Source: Candidatus Woesearchaeota archaeon
GTDB lineage: Archaea; Nanobdellota; Nanobdellia; Woesearchaeales; ARS49
NCBI GenBank assembly: GCA_030750765.1
Contig: JASMHM010000002.1
Coordinates: 21,772-85,771, forward strand
DNA length: 64,000 nt
Direction: 5' to 3'
Position 1 is the first letter of the stretch, and every line of letters starts with the position of its first letter. A program made the translations under genes and the position numbers. This document shows, piece after piece, positions 9,755 to 19,330 of this stretch. Under the pieces are notes generated by a model that had not been told where the DNA came from, did no database searches, and saw nothing but the letters and a program-made list of their open reading frames with translations.

Positions 9755-10822
9755 ATGAAAAACACGCTTATACTTACGCTCATCCTGCTGTCAGCCTGCA
9801 CCATGCACGCGGCAGTACCCTTTGAATCACAACCCATCGTGATAGGTTATATTGGCCCATTTACCGGTGATGCAGCCAGTTTTGGCCTCATAGAGCAGCA
9901 CGTGATGGACATGCTTGTTGAGGATCTCAACAAAGAAGGCGGCATCCATGGCAGGCCGATCAAAGTAATCTATGAAGACGGGAGATGCCAAGGAAAGGAT
10001 GCGGTTACCGCAGCTAACAAGCTCATCTTTGTGGACAAGGTCAAAATACTCTCCGTGGTGTGCAGCGAGGAAAACCTCGTGGTAGCTCCGCTAGCAGAGG
10101 CCAACAAGGTCTTGCAGTACAGCGCGTGGCCCACCCACGCAGACATTTCTCATGCTGGAGATTACATCTTCAGAAATGGCTACTCTGATGCAGACACTGC
10201 CGAGGTCGCAGCCAAACTCTTACAACAACATGACACGGCAGGTATGCTGTACGAACAGACAGGCTATCCTGAAGGTATCAAACGAACATTGGTTGAGCTC
10301 CTACCCGACGTGGTAGTAGAAGGATATGGGGTAGACGCCGTAGACATGCGCACCCAGATTACCAAACTCATAGCACAGGACGTAGGAGCTATTTTCCTCA
10401 ATCCTAACACTCCGGCCTCAGGCCTTGCAGCCTTGCAACAAATCCGGGAGCTAGGCTTTGAGGGTGCGATATATGGCAACTACTTTGGGGGTTATGCTGC
10501 GGTCAAGGACTATCCCGAAGCAAAAGGAATGCAGTACGTTGCAGATCCGCTGGTTCCCGACTCGCCACTCAAAGACCAGCTATGGCAGCGTTATGAAGAA
10601 AGGTATGGTGAAGAACCAGGCTTTGAGTTCGCTGCTGCAGCAAGATACGACGCCGCCATGATACTCTTCCAAGCCTTACGTGAGGTGGGCGACGATCCTG
10701 ACAAGCTAAGAGATTGGTTGTATGCCATGCCTGACTACACAGGCATGCTAGGCACGTATCATTTTGATGAAAATGGTGATATTACAGGTGTAGAGCCTGC
10801 CGTACGAATCGTTGGCGAATAA
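9755..10822 (+). CDS. LivJ/LivK-type ABC substrate-binding lipoprotein
   Basis: LSAC lipobox; IGYIGPFTGDAASFG, GGIHGRPIKVIYEDG, YIFRN, YDAA, G.YHFDENGD. Confidence 0.9.
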   Translation: MKNTLILTLILLSACTMHAAVPFESQPIVIGYIGPFTGDAASFGLIEQHVMDMLVEDLNKEGGIHGRPIKVIYEDGRCQGKDAVTAANKLIFVDKVKILSVVCSEENLVVAPLAEANKVLQYSAWPTHADISHAGDYIFRNGYSDADTAEVAAKLLQQHDTAGMLYEQTGYPEGIKRTLVELLPDVVVEGYGVDAVDMRTQITKLIAQDVGAIFLNPNTPASGLAALQQIRELGFEGAIYGNYFGGYAAVKDYPEAKGMQYVADPLVPDSPLKDQLWQRYEERYGEEPGFEFAAAARYDAAMILFQALREVGDDPDKLRDWLYAMPDYTGMLGTYHFDENGDITGVEPAVRIVGE

Positions 10823-10823
10823 C

Positions 10824-10967
10824 TTACTTGCGCGCCATCACTTTTCCAAGAATAAAGCATAACAATGCTATACACCAAAACCAAAGCCAGGGTATCTTTC
10901 CCATGGCAGCCATGGTTAGGCTTGCTATGAGGAGGACGCTGAGGAGGACTGAGGTGCTTTTTTTCAT
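10824..10967 (-). CDS. 47-aa two-TM microprotein (absent from the ORF track)
   Basis: MKKSTSVLLSVLLIASLTMAAMGKIPWLWFWCIALLCFILGKVMARK; ATGA overlap with the DUF1385 stop. Confidence 0.7.
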   Translation of the reverse strand: MKKSTSVLLSVLLIASLTMAAMGKIPWLWFWCIALLCFILGKVMARK

Positions 10968-11794
10968 GTGACCTTCTTGATGGCAGCGATGGCTACCTCG
11001 AGCTGTTTGGCGTTAGGTTCTCTTGTCGTAAGACTTTGCGTCCACTGTCCAGGTGTGCTCAGCCAGCGAACAAACTTCTTATCATAATGGTTTGCCGTGA
11101 ACATCAATAATTCGTAAGATAACCCTACAATAACGGGTACGAGCACTAATCTTGCTAAAATATTGTAGTACCAGTGCGGTGTTCGTACGACGGCAAAGAT
11201 AAAAATGCTGATAAACACGACATACAACAACAAACTCGTTCCACACCTAGGATGGAAGATGTTTGCTTTCTTGCAATTCTGTACAGTTAACTTCTTCTTA
11301 CTCTCAAAGCAGTTCACTGCTTTGTGTTCTGCTCCGTGATACTGGAAGACGGTCTTGATGTCTCCCCACATACCTATCCCAAGTAAGTATGCTACAAAGA
11401 TTACTAAACGAAACAATCCATCCCAAAGATTGAAGGCCACGGTCTTTGCTGGAGCAAGGAAAGTAGAAAGCCAGTACGGTAGCAAAATAAACAGGCCGAG
11501 TCCGATTAAGAGTGATACTATGACTGTGACGCTTGCCTCAACGTCTGAAATCTCTCCTTCATCGTCTTGCTGGCCTGCACTCCAGAGAAGGCTTCGCATG
11601 CCGATGACGACCATCTCGATGAGGAAGACAAAGCCTCTTACTAAAGGAATCTTGAGTATCGGATGTTTTTTGGTTACGCTTGTGGCTTTTTGATTATGAA
11701 AGATGATTTTTCCTTTTTTTCTGACTGCCGTGCTTACTTTTTCCTTGCAGCGCATCATGACGCCTTCGATGACTGCTTGACCGCCCACTCTCAT
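10964..11794 (-). CDS. DUF1385 membrane protein (putative metal-dependent)
   Basis: VGGQAVIEGVMM, YHGAEHK, HPRCGTS, TTREP motifs. Confidence 0.9.
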   Translation of the reverse strand: MRVGGQAVIEGVMMRCKEKVSTAVRKKGKIIFHNQKATSVTKKHPILKIPLVRGFVFLIEMVVIGMRSLLWSAGQQDDEGEISDVEASVTVIVSLLIGLGLFILLPYWLSTFLAPAKTVAFNLWDGLFRLVIFVAYLLGIGMWGDIKTVFQYHGAEHKAVNCFESKKKLTVQNCKKANIFHPRCGTSLLLYVVFISIFIFAVVRTPHWYYNILARLVLVPVIVGLSYELLMFTANHYDKKFVRWLSTPGQWTQSLTTREPNAKQLEVAIAAIKKVT

Positions 11795-12516
11795 AGCTTC
11801 CACAATCCTCCGTAGAATTCTCTACGAGCCTGCTCTAGATGTTCTACCGTGCCTATGTCGACCCATCTTCCGTTTAGTACCACGCTGTGGACTTCTCCTT
11901 TTTCCATTAAGTGTCTGATGAGTTCGCCGGAGTTGTCGTGTCCTTGTTCGGCAAACTCGCGCACGTGTTTCAGGGTTTCTTTCGGAATATAATAAACTAG
12001 CGTGCTGATGAGCGTGCTTTCTGGCTCTTCCGGTTTTTCCACAAACTTTACCACTTGGTTTTCTTTGACACTCACAACACCGAAACGTTTTGCTTCAGAG
12101 GTTTCTTTAACATCGTACAACCCGATAACGACTCCTTTTTGTTTGGTGGCCATGGCTAGTAGATTTTGGAGATTATCCTCAAAGAGGTTATCTCCTCCTA
12201 TGATCAAAACATCCTCATCATCGCCCACGCAATCAAGTCCAAGAACGCAATCTCCCACTGCTCCTTTTCGATCCTCATTACTTACGCTGCCATCATCAAC
12301 AACATCGATCTCTTGGTGTTTTCCCCAGTCTGCAAACACGGGGAAAAAGCGGTGGTTGGTTACCGCACAAATTTTGGTCATGCCCAATCCCTTAACTTTG
12401 TCAACAATATGGTCAATAATGGGTTTTCCGCCAACGTCTAAGAACGGTTTTGGGACGTGCATGGCCAAAGGATGCATCCTAGTGGCATATCCTGCAGCAA
12501 GAATCACACATTTCAT
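11791..12516 (-). CDS. Sugar-phosphate nucleotidyltransferase
   Basis: LAAGYATRM.P...PKP, GDN, FVEKP, WVDIG. Confidence 0.9.
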   Translation of the reverse strand: MKCVILAAGYATRMHPLAMHVPKPFLDVGGKPIIDHIVDKVKGLGMTKICAVTNHRFFPVFADWGKHQEIDVVDDGSVSNEDRKGAVGDCVLGLDCVGDDEDVLIIGGDNLFEDNLQNLLAMATKQKGVVIGLYDVKETSEAKRFGVVSVKENQVVKFVEKPEEPESTLISTLVYYIPKETLKHVREFAEQGHDNSGELIRHLMEKGEVHSVVLNGRWVDIGTVEHLEQARREFYGGLWKL

Positions 12517-12539
12517 AAGTCATAAAAACGAACAAGCTT

Positions 12540-12547
12540 TTTAAATA
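12540..12547 (+). promoter_or_regulatory. Archaeal TATA box of srp54 (likely near-leaderless transcript)
   Basis: TTTAAATA preceded by A-rich BRE-like bases, about 20 nt before ATG 12567; the same arrangement precedes many genes. Confidence 0.55.
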
Positions 12548-12566
12548 CTTTCACGATTCCAGTTCT

Positions 12567-13904
12567 ATGTTAGAGAAACTAGGGCTAGGAATACGAGGAA
12601 CACTCAAAAAGCTAGCCAAATCCTTGTTTGTAGACCAAAAGCTGATAGATGAGCTCATCAAGGACATCCAGAGGGCACTTCTTGCGTCTGACGTGAATGT
12701 ACAGCTAGTGTTCGACCTTAGCAAGAGCATCAAAGAACGCGCCAAAGAAGAGGCTGCTAAAGGTTTAACCAAGAAAGAACAGCTCATCAACATTGTGTAT
12801 GAGGAGTTAACCACCTTCCTAGGTGGGGAAGGCACAGAGCTCAAGATTCCGGAAAGCAAACCCTTCAAGATCCTACTAGTGGGCTTGTACGGAAGCGGAA
12901 AGACAACCGCTTCTGGAAAGCTAGCCAAATACTTCACCAAACGCGGAAAAACCGTCTCTATCGTTGGCTTGGACACCATGCGTCCAGCAGCCATGGACCA
13001 AATATCTCAGTTAGTGAAGGGAACGAGTGTCAAGGCAATCGTAGACAGAGATAATAAAGATCCTGTGGCCATCTACAAGAATGCTGAGGCCACCATTAGC
13101 AAGCAAGACGTAGCAATCATAGACACTGCAGGAAGGGATGCCTTAAGCGATGACCTTATTGAAGAAATTTCCAAGATCAAAGAAGCCGTAGACCCAGATG
13201 AGATCATCCTCGTCATGAGCGCAGACATTGGGCAGACCGCAAAGAAGCAAGCAGACTCCTTCCACGACAACTGTGGAGTTACTGGAGTCATCATCACCAA
13301 GATGGACGGTACTGCAAGAGGCGGAGGAGCGTTAAGTGCTTGTGCTGCCACAGAAGCACCCGTACTCTTTCTAGGGGTAGGAGAAAAGATAGATGATCTA
13401 GAAAAGTTTGATGGTAAGCGCTTTGTAGGCAGACTCCTAGGAATGGGAGATCTTGCCAGTCTTGTCGAGAAAGCACAAGGTGCTGTTACTGAGGAAGATG
13501 CCAAGGTCATGGAGAATCGTTTGCTCAAGGGAGAGTTCAATCTTTTAGATTTGTACAATCAGATGGAAGCCATGAACAAGATGGGGACACTAGGAAACCT
13601 TATGGAGATGATTCCAGGCATGGGACAATTAAAGTTGCCTAAAGATGCCATCAACGTCCAAGAAGGCAAGCTCGTACAGTGGAAAAGAGCGATGGACAGC
13701 ATGACCAAGAAAGAACTCGAAGAACCAGATGTTATCGATTCTAACCGTGTAAAACGCATCGCTACCGGAAGCGGGGTCAAGCAAGATGACATAAGAGGAT
13801 TGATCAAGCAATACAAGCAATCAAAGAAAATGGTCAAGCTCCTGAAGGGCGATGTGAATCCTGACAAATTGTTAAAGAAGTTGAAACATCAATACAAGGG
13901 TTAG
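12567..13904 (+). CDS. srp54: Signal recognition particle protein SRP54
   Basis: GLYGSGKTT, DTAGR, TKMDGTARGGG, Met-rich M domain with SMT and RIATGSG. Confidence 0.97.
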   Translation: MLEKLGLGIRGTLKKLAKSLFVDQKLIDELIKDIQRALLASDVNVQLVFDLSKSIKERAKEEAAKGLTKKEQLINIVYEELTTFLGGEGTELKIPESKPFKILLVGLYGSGKTTASGKLAKYFTKRGKTVSIVGLDTMRPAAMDQISQLVKGTSVKAIVDRDNKDPVAIYKNAEATISKQDVAIIDTAGRDALSDDLIEEISKIKEAVDPDEIILVMSADIGQTAKKQADSFHDNCGVTGVIITKMDGTARGGGALSACAATEAPVLFLGVGEKIDDLEKFDGKRFVGRLLGMGDLASLVEKAQGAVTEEDAKVMENRLLKGEFNLLDLYNQMEAMNKMGTLGNLMEMIPGMGQLKLPKDAINVQEGKLVQWKRAMDSMTKKELEEPDVIDSNRVKRIATGSGVKQDDIRGLIKQYKQSKKMVKLLKGDVNPDKLLKKLKHQYKG

Positions 13905-14377
13905 TCAATACTATCAATACTCTGGACGACGCCGTCCTTGTACTGTCTTGCTTTGAAGTGCGTGAATCTGAAGAATTCTTTTTCTTCAACCGTTCCATTA
14001 GTATCCCAGTATCCCTGCAGCACAACGGGATCGCGGTCTGTATCATGCAGCTCACTGTTGTAGGCTTTCCTCCAAGATGATAGCTTCCGCGTGTCTGTTT
14101 GGTTATTGCGTGCAGCTCTTGCTCTGGCCACTACCGGCATGCCGTTTCGGTCATATGCGGGCAGTTTAAGTTCTAACCAACCGCCGCGTGCATACCCTAG
14201 GCTTGCCTCTTCTCTTGGCTCCCAGGCCATTGTTTCTGATCCTGCAACAGGTGGGGTGAATGTTTTTTTGAAAGCATTCCCTACAATGCGTTTACCCATA
14301 GGGTTGGTTTGGAGAAAGGCAGCAAAGAAACCTGCGCAAATCAATGCTAGCAGAACATTCTGACTCTTTTTGCTCAT
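13901..14377 (-). CDS. Hypothetical membrane-anchored/secreted protein
   Basis: N-terminal hydrophobic helix. Confidence 0.6.
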   Translation of the reverse strand: MSKKSQNVLLALICAGFFAAFLQTNPMGKRIVGNAFKKTFTPPVAGSETMAWEPREEASLGYARGGWLELKLPAYDRNGMPVVARARAARNNQTDTRKLSSWRKAYNSELHDTDRDPVVLQGYWDTNGTVEEKEFFRFTHFKARQYKDGVVQSIDSID

Positions 14378-14408
14378 GAGCTCACGAAAACCATCAGAAC
14401 TTAAAAAA

Positions 14409-15866
14409 CTACTGCTTCATGAACGGGAATAACACTACATCTCTTATGCTTTGCTTGTTCGTGAGCAACATCGTCATGCGATCTATGCCGATGCCTAGTC
14501 CGCCTGCAGGTGGCATGCCGTGCTCCAAGGCTTTGATGTAGTCTGCATCAAAAGGATGGGCTTCTTCATCGCCTTTCTGTCTTTTCTCTTCTCCTGCTTT
14601 GAAGAGTTCTTCTTGTCTTTGCGGATCATTCAACTCAGAATAACCATTAGCGAGTTCCATGCCGCAAGCAAACGGTTCAAAGCGCTCTATGGCGTATTCC
14701 GGGTCCTCTCTGCATTTCTTTGCTAGAGGACAGGTCTCCCAAGGATGGTGGGTGATGAAGATGGGTTGGATTAGGTGTTCTTCTACTTTGGCTTCAAAGA
14801 TTGCGTTGATTAGTTCCCCTCTACTTGCGCCTGCTTTCACATCATCCGCTTTTGCAATCTGCATTAACTCTTCCTTGCTCATGCTTGCTGCATCGATGTT
14901 GGCAAACTTTTTGATTGCTTCCAACATTGTCATCTTTGGCCAGGGCTTTTTGAATTCTAACTCGTGATCTCCGTACTTTACTTTTGTTTTTCCATTCAGC
15001 GCAAGCGCACACGCTTCATAGATGTCTTCTGTGACGCCCATCATGGTCTCATAATCTCCATACGCGCAGTAGCATTCCATCATGGTAAACTCTGGATTGT
15101 GGGAACGATCGATATCTTCGTTTCTGAACACTTTACCTATCTCGAAGACCTTGTCAAAGCCTCCTACTAACAATTTCTTTAGAGGAAGCTCTAGAGCGAT
15201 ACGCAGGTAGACGTTCGTTTTGTGAGCGTTCAGGAACGTTTTGAAGGGTCTTGCTTCTGCGCCACCGTAGATGGGTTCTAGGACTGGAATCTCTACCTCT
15301 AGGTATCCTTTGTCTCTAAGCACTTTCCTTGTAGTGTCCAGGATTGTTTGGCGTTGTTTGAACACTTCTTTGACATCAGGATTCATGGTAAGATCTAGAT
15401 AGCGTTGTCTGTATCTTTGTTCAACATCTTTCAAACCGTGCCATTTTTCTGGTAGGGGTCTTAAGCTTTTGGAGAGTAGTTGGAAGCTGGAGACGTTTAC
15501 AGAGAGTTCGCCTGCTTTGCTTTTGAAGATGGTTCCTTTCGCGCCTATCCAGTCGCCTCCATCAAACATTTTCAAAAGGTCGTACTGTTTGAGATCGTCC
15601 TTTCTGAAATATAATTGTATTTTCCCCGTACTATCTTGGATGTGGGCAAAGGTGATCTTGCCTAAGTTCCTAAATCCTAGCAATCTGCCTGCTACGCTGA
15701 CCTCATCTTGGGTCTTGCCTTCTGCTGGTAAGCTTTCGTACTGTTCCTGAAGTGCTGCAGCGGTGTTCTTGACATCGTACCCATGAGGATAGGGTTCTAT
15801 ACCTTGCTCTCGTAAGGTTGCCAGCTTTTTCTTTCGTTCTGCTATGAGCTCTTCTTCACTTGGCAT
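14409..15866 (-). CDS. lysS: Lysyl-tRNA synthetase, class II
   Basis: OB-fold N-terminus, RYRQRYLDL, motif 2 FRNE..HNPEFTMME, motif 3 GLGIGIDR. Confidence 0.97.
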   Translation of the reverse strand: MPSEEELIAERKKKLATLREQGIEPYPHGYDVKNTAAALQEQYESLPAEGKTQDEVSVAGRLLGFRNLGKITFAHIQDSTGKIQLYFRKDDLKQYDLLKMFDGGDWIGAKGTIFKSKAGELSVNVSSFQLLSKSLRPLPEKWHGLKDVEQRYRQRYLDLTMNPDVKEVFKQRQTILDTTRKVLRDKGYLEVEIPVLEPIYGGAEARPFKTFLNAHKTNVYLRIALELPLKKLLVGGFDKVFEIGKVFRNEDIDRSHNPEFTMMECYCAYGDYETMMGVTEDIYEACALALNGKTKVKYGDHELEFKKPWPKMTMLEAIKKFANIDAASMSKEELMQIAKADDVKAGASRGELINAIFEAKVEEHLIQPIFITHHPWETCPLAKKCREDPEYAIERFEPFACGMELANGYSELNDPQRQEELFKAGEEKRQKGDEEAHPFDADYIKALEHGMPPAGGLGIGIDRMTMLLTNKQSIRDVVLFPFMKQ

Positions 15867-16009
15867 GGTCTAGATTTCGTGCATAAGGCATATAAAGCTT
15901 TGCCCTCCACTGGCCAGGCAGGATTAAACCTTGTCTTTAATCAGTGAACGTATTACACCAAAACCTTTTTAAGTCTAGTGTGTGTGCTTAGACGTGGAGT
16001 GAAGTAAAG

Positions 16010-16246
16010 ATGAATGGTACAATGGCGGGCAATTTGGGCGTTTTTGGTAATTTGGGCGTTGTGAGGCAGTACGTTGAAACCGCGTACGAACGCCGTGAAA
16101 AGCAATTGAGAGCTCGAGAAGATATCCAAAAGTTTATCCGTGATAAGGTAGATACAAACTGGCGTGGAAGAGATAGAGATGATGTTGTGTCTCCAAGACC
16201 GGAAAATTCTTCTGGTGTCTCTGGTGATTACGAAGTCGTTAATTAG
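16010..16246 (+). CDS. Hypothetical protein
   Basis: 78-aa ORF, GGAG-like SD upstream, probable operon with the kinase-like gene. Confidence 0.5.
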   Translation: MNGTMAGNLGVFGNLGVVRQYVETAYERREKQLRAREDIQKFIRDKVDTNWRGRDRDDVVSPRPENSSGVSGDYEVVN

Positions 16247-16300
16247 CAGCGTCGAGAGGGTACCTTTTTAAATGGAACGACGCTTTTTGTCTTTACGAGT

Positions 16301-17986
16301 ATGGCAACTATAGGTGCGTTTGTGAATGATTTCCATATGTGGCTAGATGAACGACTAACGCGGTTGGAGAGTAAGGCTGCATCGTCGCGCGAGGATGCAG
16401 AGGAAGATTTACAGAAACTCTTAGGGTATCCCAGAATTTTGTACGAGATTGCTAGCGGCACTCATACTGTTCCTGATAATGTCTCACGCGCTTCTAGCGA
16501 AGACCACGAATTTTCCCCTGAAGTAGCGTTGGCTGACGGTGCAGAGAAATATTTGCCAGGGGGCATAGATCCCCGTTTGCAGCAAGGTATGCACCTTTGG
16601 GCCAGTGTTGGTGAAGATTCTGACAGATTACAAGAGCTGATACCCTACATCTATGCGTGTTTCCATGATGCGTTCCAGATGTCAACAGTTGGTCCTTTCG
16701 CCCCGCTGGCTTTGGAGGCACAGACTAAAGCTGTTGGGAAACTGAATGATTCTTTTCCCGTAACTCGAATACGTATCAACGATGATCCTCATTACGCAAT
16801 TAAATGTTATCCCAAGGGAGATCCTCGACCGGCTACTCAGGCTGCAAATTGTACTGCGTTAGGCAAGACGTATCAGAACTGGGATTTGACCAGAATCCCT
16901 ATTCCTTGTGTTCTCGGAACCATCGAGCTCCCTGATGAAGATTATGTCTTTATGGGAATGACTGGCGAGCCTGGAGTTCCCCTCAACCGCGAGCTCGGGG
17001 TCGCGGACCTTAGTGATGAAGCGCGAATGCATCACCTCAGAGAACTTGTAGGGATGTCTGTGCATATGGGTTATCAATTGGCAGGTCAACTAGGAAGTAA
17101 AGAAAAAGATTTGGATTATGCGCGTAGGTCATTCAGCACGCCAAGAGGAACCCGGGCTCACATCGGGGCAAAGACAGTCCGTGCCATTGAGGAAAGCGGT
17201 TTCCAAGATAGAGATACCGACTTGTATGCCTATCTTCTTAGCTTTTTGGAAAATATTGATCATCTTCGAGATCAAATAAACGATGATTCGCTTTGTGTGA
17301 TGGTTGATGGAAGTCCTGAAAATATCAGTCTGAACGGTGGTGAATACCGCCTTATCGATTTTGAGAACAGACTAGGATACTTTTTTGCTAGTGAGGTGTG
17401 GGCGGGATTACTGCATCCGGATTCGGGATATGATTTTTCACCAAAAAATGAAGGCATGACTAAAGCATACGTCGCTTTTGCTGCAGGTGTTGGAGCGCTA
17501 TACAATGAGCAACTATCTGGGAAGATGTTGATGGACCTTGATTGGGAGGATCCTGCCTCAATATATCGTGAAATTGGACGAGTAAAGAGCGAGAATGGCC
17601 AGGATCTAGATATTATTTACCGACATTCTCTGGGCTGTGCGGTCAAGAGTGCTTTCGAGAATCTGCGAATGGGAATATCCCGTCGGAAAGCGGCTAATGA
17701 TTACACAGATGATCTATGGGTTGCAAACTCTTCCTTCTTACAAGCTCTTGATGATGTTGAACGCACTTCGGGTTCACTCATGAACCGACTTCAGCAAGAA
17801 TGGACTCCAGACACCACACAAAACTGGGATTGTTTTAGTACGCGCACACGATGGCTTGGCTTTCAAATAATCAAGAATGAGTTTGAGAGAGGAATAGAAC
17901 ATTACGGGGCAGTTTGTGAGAGCGCATTGACCATGCTTGGTTTTGACGAAGCTTCTCAAGTAAGAGAAACTTATTTCAAAATCTGA
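16301..17986 (+). CDS. Large protein with APH/choline-kinase-like (protein kinase-like fold) domain
   Basis: YAIKCY, IPIPCVL, GVPL, catalytic-loop-like DGSPENI, LIDFE. Confidence 0.55.
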   Translation: MATIGAFVNDFHMWLDERLTRLESKAASSREDAEEDLQKLLGYPRILYEIASGTHTVPDNVSRASSEDHEFSPEVALADGAEKYLPGGIDPRLQQGMHLWASVGEDSDRLQELIPYIYACFHDAFQMSTVGPFAPLALEAQTKAVGKLNDSFPVTRIRINDDPHYAIKCYPKGDPRPATQAANCTALGKTYQNWDLTRIPIPCVLGTIELPDEDYVFMGMTGEPGVPLNRELGVADLSDEARMHHLRELVGMSVHMGYQLAGQLGSKEKDLDYARRSFSTPRGTRAHIGAKTVRAIEESGFQDRDTDLYAYLLSFLENIDHLRDQINDDSLCVMVDGSPENISLNGGEYRLIDFENRLGYFFASEVWAGLLHPDSGYDFSPKNEGMTKAYVAFAAGVGALYNEQLSGKMLMDLDWEDPASIYREIGRVKSENGQDLDIIYRHSLGCAVKSAFENLRMGISRRKAANDYTDDLWVANSSFLQALDDVERTSGSLMNRLQQEWTPDTTQNWDCFSTRTRWLGFQIIKNEFERGIEHYGAVCESALTMLGFDEASQVRETYFKI

Positions 17987-18888
17987 TCATCAAAGCACAT
18001 TTGAATGGTCGGGATGGCCAGACTTCTAATGCTTATCAATAAGTCATGAACAAACGCAACATGAACGGTTATCTGGCCTTTTTTACTAACGAGCGAGTCG
18101 ACAATATCCTTTGTCTGCTTACTATGCAAAACCAATCGAGGGATGTGTTCTTGCTTGCGTGATCTCAACAGACTCAATATTTCATCCAGAAAGGAATCTA
18201 GGCTTTTTAGTGCATTAACCGTCGCCTTACTAGGAGCCCTAGGTGCAAACGATCTTGCCAAATGTTTATACGCGTCTCCGATACCTTCCAGCTGATCGAC
18301 AATATCGTACATAGGCCCTATTGATTCTTTTATTGTTTCTGGATGTTTTGTGATGAGGCGTAGACAGAAGAAAGAAAACTTGTTAACGTTAACATCCATT
18401 AACACTATGTTGGCGTATCCTGCTGCGTCGTGGTTTGCTGCTGCATCAGTCATTTCCTTAGCCATGTTACCTATGAATACTAGCAAGCGTTTGAGCACGT
18501 GCCCAAATTCTTCAGGAATACTGTCGCTGAGTTTTCGTACGACGAGGTGATTCCTTCCCTGGTCTACAACACCAAATCCAACACAGGTGTGGCTGACGAA
18601 ATCTTGAATGGTGGCGATCTGTTCTGGGCCAGACACGTCTAGTCTCATTTCGTCATATCCTGCTTTGTATAGTGAGCTTAGGATGGCCAAACTGGAATAG
18701 TTGTCAGTTATTTTGAGAGATATTGTTCGAGTTTCCTTTCTTATTTCTTCAACAGAAACCAGCAAGCCTCTTGGACCGGGGGTTACCTCGAGCTCATCTC
18801 CTTTAGCTATGTTGTTTTTCTTTGCCCACTCTCTAGGCAGTGAAATGAGCTGCGTACTATTCGCTATTTGTATAACTTTTCGTTTCAT
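17971..18888 (-). CDS. Archaeal AbrB-PhoU phosphate-uptake regulator family protein
   Basis: N-terminal RKVIQIANSTQLISLPREWAKKN..KGDELEV (AbrB), YKAGYDE, PhoU-like DVNVNKF..CLR, LEGIGD. Confidence 0.85.
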   Translation of the reverse strand: MKRKVIQIANSTQLISLPREWAKKNNIAKGDELEVTPGPRGLLVSVEEIRKETRTISLKITDNYSSLAILSSLYKAGYDEMRLDVSGPEQIATIQDFVSHTCVGFGVVDQGRNHLVVRKLSDSIPEEFGHVLKRLLVFIGNMAKEMTDAAANHDAAGYANIVLMDVNVNKFSFFCLRLITKHPETIKESIGPMYDIVDQLEGIGDAYKHLARSFAPRAPSKATVNALKSLDSFLDEILSLLRSRKQEHIPRLVLHSKQTKDIVDSLVSKKGQITVHVAFVHDLLISIRSLAIPTIQMCFDDQILK

Positions 18889-18906
18889 CCACTAGGCATA
18901 GCGTCT

Positions 18907-18950
18907 GATTATATAAAAAGGTTGCGATTATATAAAGATTATAAATTATA
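18907..18950. promoter_or_regulatory. ATTATATAA repeat array 1
   Basis: TTATATAA at 18909 and 18928 plus TTATAA half copies. Confidence 0.55.
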
Positions 18951-19005
18951 AGGAATAACTATATTAAAACCCTTTGTACGGTATTTCTTAGAGGAAACCC
19001 GAAAT

Positions 19006-19143
19006 ATGGGGAGTACGCGAAAGATAAACGAGCCGCATCTGAACCGCCGCCAATGGGATGAAGATCTCTGGGAGGAGGAGTTGGATGACGACGAAATCAT
19101 GGAGGAAAGCAACAATGGAAAACGAAACACCAATGGTAATTGA
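19006..19143 (+). CDS. Acidic Trp-containing microprotein A1 (45 aa)
   Basis: MGSTRKINEPHLNRRQWDEDLWEEELDDDEIMEESNNGKRNTNGN; similar to A2. Confidence 0.6.
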   Translation: MGSTRKINEPHLNRRQWDEDLWEEELDDDEIMEESNNGKRNTNGN

Positions 19144-19231
19144 AGACGTCGGAGATCTCCAGGCTTTTCTGTGTAACAACTTACAAGACAGAAAGAAGCG
19201 TGCGAGATTCCAGCGCGCATCACTGCAATAA
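19115..19231 (+). CDS. Microprotein B1 (38 aa)
   Basis: MENETPMVIEDVGDLQAFLCNNLQDRKKRARFQRASLQ; GGAGG SD at 19101-19105; clear paralogue of B2. Confidence 0.75.
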   Translation: MENETPMVIEDVGDLQAFLCNNLQDRKKRARFQRASLQ

Positions 19232-19254
19232 CGCGTCTTCACTCACTTGAGACT

Positions 19255-19321
19255 ACCCCGTCCCTCTCACGAGGGATGGGGTCTATTTCTACATTTTTTT
19301 TATTATCTTTTTTCTTTATTT
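19255..19321 (+). terminator. GC-rich hairpin followed by T-rich tract
   Basis: ACCCCGTCCCTC-TCAC-GAGGGATGGGGT 12-bp stem (one G-U), then T-runs. Confidence 0.6.
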
Positions 19322-19330
19322 GTCACTCCA

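Noticed and set aside
16028-16063. 18-nt tandem repeat as a CRISPR remnant
   Set aside because: Only two adjacent copies with no spacer; it encodes GNLGVF/GNLGVV in frame. No CRISPR array or cas gene seen in the window.
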